A stretch of DNA of 1,334 nt from Escherichia coli (GTDB lineage: Bacteria > Pseudomonadota > Gammaproteobacteria > Enterobacterales > Enterobacteriaceae), in the NCBI RefSeq assembly GCF_003334815.1, contig NZ_QOWO01000100.1. The stretch is one strand, 5' to 3'. The number at the start of each line of letters is the position of its first letter. Within the stretch, counting starts at the first letter, position 1. The position numbers were made by a program, and so were the translations under genes. The notes under the pieces are model-generated. The model was not told where the DNA came from. It saw nothing but the letters and a program-made list of their open reading frames with translations, and ran no database searches. Of the stretch, positions 1-1,334 are shown piece by piece.

Positions 1-804
1 AACCAGATGGACCCGGTGTACACGCCGGCGCGAAAAATCCACCTGTACCACTGCGACCATCGCGGCCTGCCGCTGGCGCTTGTCAGCACGGAAGGGGCAA
101 CAGAATGGTGCGCAGAATACGATGAATGGGGCAACCTGCTGAATGAAGAGAACCCGCATCAGCTGCAGCAGCTTATCCGCCTGCCGGGGCAGCAGTATGA
201 TGAGGAGTCCGGCCTGTATTACAACCGCCACCGCTATTATGACCCGCTGCAGGGGCGATATATCACTCAGGATCCGATTGGGCTGAAAGGGGGATGGAAT
301 TTTTATCAGTATCCGTTGAATCCGATCTCAAATATAGATCCATTAGGATTAGAAACACTAAAATGCATTAAGCCACTGCATTCAATGGGCGGAACTGGTG
401 AAAGAAGCGGTCCAGATATATGGGGGAATCCGTTCTATCATCAATATCTTTGTGTCCCAGATGGTAAAGGGGACTATACTTGTGGTGGCCAAGACCAACG
501 GGGAGAATCAAAAGGAGATGGTCTATGGGGGCCAGGTAAAGCAAGTAATGATACAAAAGAAGCTGCTGGCCGTTGTGACCTCGTTGAAACCGATAATAGT
601 TGTGTGGAGAACTGTTTAAAAGGGAAGTTTAAAGAGGTAAGGCCGCGTTATTCTGTATTGCCTGATATATTCACACCTATAAATTTAGGGCTATTTAAAA
701 ACTGCCAAGACTGGTCTAATGATTCTTTAGAAACATGTAAGATGAAGTGCTCCGGAAATAACATTGGACGTTTTATTAGATTTGTATTCACCGGAGTGAT
801 GTAA
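1..804 (+). CDS. rhsC: Rhs family protein, C-terminal portion (5'-partial; gene continues upstream of the window): conserved core tail plus variable C-terminal putative toxin domain
   Basis: The frame is open from nt 1 (AAC CAG precede the ATG at 7), so the ATG at 7 is an internal Met, not the start. The translation carries a terminal YD-type repeat ([22 protein letters not shown]) and the Rhs core-terminating motif [13 protein letters not shown] (DPLGL at nt 337-351). Downstream of it composition switches to AT-rich and the protein becomes a Cys/Gly-rich 150-aa tail ([14 protein letters not shown]...FVFTGVM). Stop codon TAA at 802-804. The symbol is recalled from E. coli K-12 RhsC element organisation and needs BLAST confirmation; the family call is firm. 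Confidence 0.88.
   Translation, partial: NQMDPVYTPARKIHLYHCDHRGLPLALVSTEGATEWCAEYDEWGNLLNEENPHQLQQLIRLPGQQYDEESGLYYNRHRYYDPLQGRYITQDPIGLKGGWNFYQYPLNPISNIDPLGLETLKCIKPLHSMGGTGERSGPDIWGNPFYHQYLCVPDGKGDYTCGGQDQRGESKGDGLWGPGKASNDTKEAAGRCDLVETDNSCVENCLKGKFKEVRPRYSVLPDIFTPINLGLFKNCQDWSNDSLETCKMKCSGNNIGRFIRFVFTGVM
337..351 (+). other. DPxGL motif (DPLGL) marking the end of the Rhs conserved core and the boundary to the variable C-terminal domain; expected autoproteolytic release site
   Basis: Codons gat cca tta gga tta at 337-351, preceded by PLNPISNI. In characterised Rhs/YD-repeat proteins this PxxxxDPxGL element ends the core and an aspartyl-protease-like activity cleaves here. The GC-rich to AT-rich switch falls within about 20 nt of this motif. 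Confidence 0.8.
352..801 (+). other. Variable C-terminal domain of the Rhs protein (putative toxin domain, about 150 aa, 9 cysteines, function not identifiable from sequence)
   Basis: Everything after DPLGL to the stop. AT-rich, unlike the core. Residues [96 protein letters not shown]... I see no HNH, HExxH, deaminase HxE/CxxC or ART signature. Confidence 0.7.
793..796 (+). promoter_or_regulatory. Shine-Dalgarno-like GGAG for the downstream membrane-protein gene, lying inside the 3' end of the rhs CDS
   Basis: GGAG at 793-796, 7 nt upstream of the ATG at 804-806. Together with the stop/start overlap TAATG (802-806) this suggests translational coupling. Confidence 0.55.
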
Positions 805-1130
805 TGAAATATATTATTTTTTTATTCAGAGCTATATGGCTGGCTTTATCGCTTTTAATACTATTCTTTTCCATGCATAGACTTTCACTATTAGACTCCA
901 CTCGTGATGTGAGCGAGTTAATTAGTCTCATGTCTTATGGAATGATGGTAATATGTTTTCCAACAGGCATAGTATTCTTTATTGCTCTAATATTTATAGG
1001 GACTGTATCAGACATTATTGGCGTAAGGATTGATAGTAAGTATATTATGGCGATAATAATATGGCTTTATTTTCTGTCAGGAGGGTATATTCAATGGTTT
1101 GTATTAAGTAAGCGCATTATAAACAAATAA
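804..1130 (+). CDS. ybfB: Small polytopic inner-membrane protein (108 aa, about 3 predicted TM helices); putative cognate immunity protein for the upstream Rhs C-terminal domain
   Basis: Complete ORF from ATG 804 to TAA 1128-1130. The start overlaps the rhs stop by 1 nt (TAATG) and has a GGAG SD. It shares the AT-rich composition of the rhs C-terminal domain, so they look like one module. Three hydrophobic stretches: YIIFLFRAIWLALSLLILFFS, ISLMSYGMMVICFPTGIVFFIALIFIGTV and YIMAIIIWLYFLSGGYIQWFVL. The position immediately 3' of an Rhs toxin domain is the canonical immunity-gene slot. The symbol is recalled (K-12 ybfB is, to my memory, a 108-aa membrane protein downstream of rhsC) and unverified; the immunity role is inference. 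Confidence 0.72.
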   Translation: MKYIIFLFRAIWLALSLLILFFSMHRLSLLDSTRDVSELISLMSYGMMVICFPTGIVFFIALIFIGTVSDIIGVRIDSKYIMAIIIWLYFLSGGYIQWFVLSKRIINK

Positions 1131-1160
1131 ATTAAGTTAATTGCTCTTATTATTATATGT

Positions 1161-1334
1161 AACCTGGGCATTGATATCCCGTATGCCACAGACCCGGCAG
1201 GTAACCGCCTGCCCGACCCGGAGCTGCACCCGGACAGCACCCTCAGCATGTGGCCGGATAACCGTATCGCCCGTGACGCGCACTATCTTTACCGGTATGA
1301 CCGTCACGGCAGGCTGACAGAGAAAACCGACCTC
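1161..1334 (+). CDS. ybfO: Orphan Rhs core fragment (5'-truncated rhs coding sequence with no start codon of its own, continuing past the window end); probable start of a second, displaced rhs C-terminal/immunity module
   Basis: GC-rich sequence resumes abruptly near 1161 after the AT-rich module. Frame 3 is open from the stop at 1128-1130 to the window end and translates to ...[58 protein letters not shown], which contains a canonical YD-repeat (YxYDxxGRL). The first in-frame ATG is at 1248 with no convincing RBS. The symbol is recalled from the K-12 RhsC element and unverified. Confidence 0.75.

Noticed and set aside
7-9. ATG at 7 as the true start codon of the first ORF (as given in the ORF track)
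   Set aside because: The frame is open upstream to nt 1 and the encoded sequence is internal Rhs core with no RBS, so the gene must start upstream of the window.
368-556. 62-aa ORF on the minus strand
   Set aside because: It lies entirely inside the well-supported rhs C-terminal coding region on the opposite strand, is short, and has no recognisable RBS or domain; it looks like a chance ORF.
398-619. 73-aa ORF on the plus strand in an alternative frame
   Set aside because: It overlaps the rhs CDS out of frame and has no independent support; it looks like a chance ORF.
658-790. Possible internal sigma70 promoter for the immunity gene (TTGCCT at 658-663 with TATAAA at 678-683; TTGGAC at 764-769 with TATTCA at 785-790)
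   Set aside because: The spacers are only 14-15 nt and the hexamers are weak, and chance matches of this quality are expected in AT-rich DNA. An internal promoter is plausible biologically but not supportable from sequence alone.
1131-1160. Possible intrinsic terminator after the immunity gene
   Set aside because: There is no GC-rich inverted repeat followed by a T-tract; the region is an AT-rich linker that runs straight into the Rhs fragment.
1-1334. CRISPR arrays, tandem repeats, IS elements, tRNA or other ncRNA genes
   Set aside because: I see no direct or inverted repeat structure or RNA-gene signature. The only repeats are the protein-level YD motifs of the Rhs core.

Overview
This window reads as the 3' part of an Rhs (rearrangement hotspot, YD-repeat) polymorphic-toxin locus on the + strand, in three parts. 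(1) Positions 1-804 are the 5'-partial end of a large rhs gene: a GC-rich conserved core tail ending at the hallmark DPLGL motif (337-351), followed by an AT-rich, cysteine-rich C-terminal domain of about 150 aa with no motif I can recognise, presumably the variable toxin tip. (2) Positions 804-1130 encode a 108-aa polytopic membrane protein whose ATG overlaps the rhs stop codon (TAATG), the expected position of the cognate immunity gene. (3) From about 1161 to the window end, GC-rich Rhs-core-like coding sequence resumes with no start codon of its own (YD-repeat motif [16 protein letters not shown]), which fits a 5'-truncated orphan rhs fragment that begins a second toxin/immunity module. The layout matches what I recall of the Escherichia coli K-12 RhsC element (rhsC, ybfB, ybfO), but that assignment is from memory and is not verified by any search. 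The most interesting open questions are the activity of the C-terminal domain and why its putative immunity protein sits in the membrane.
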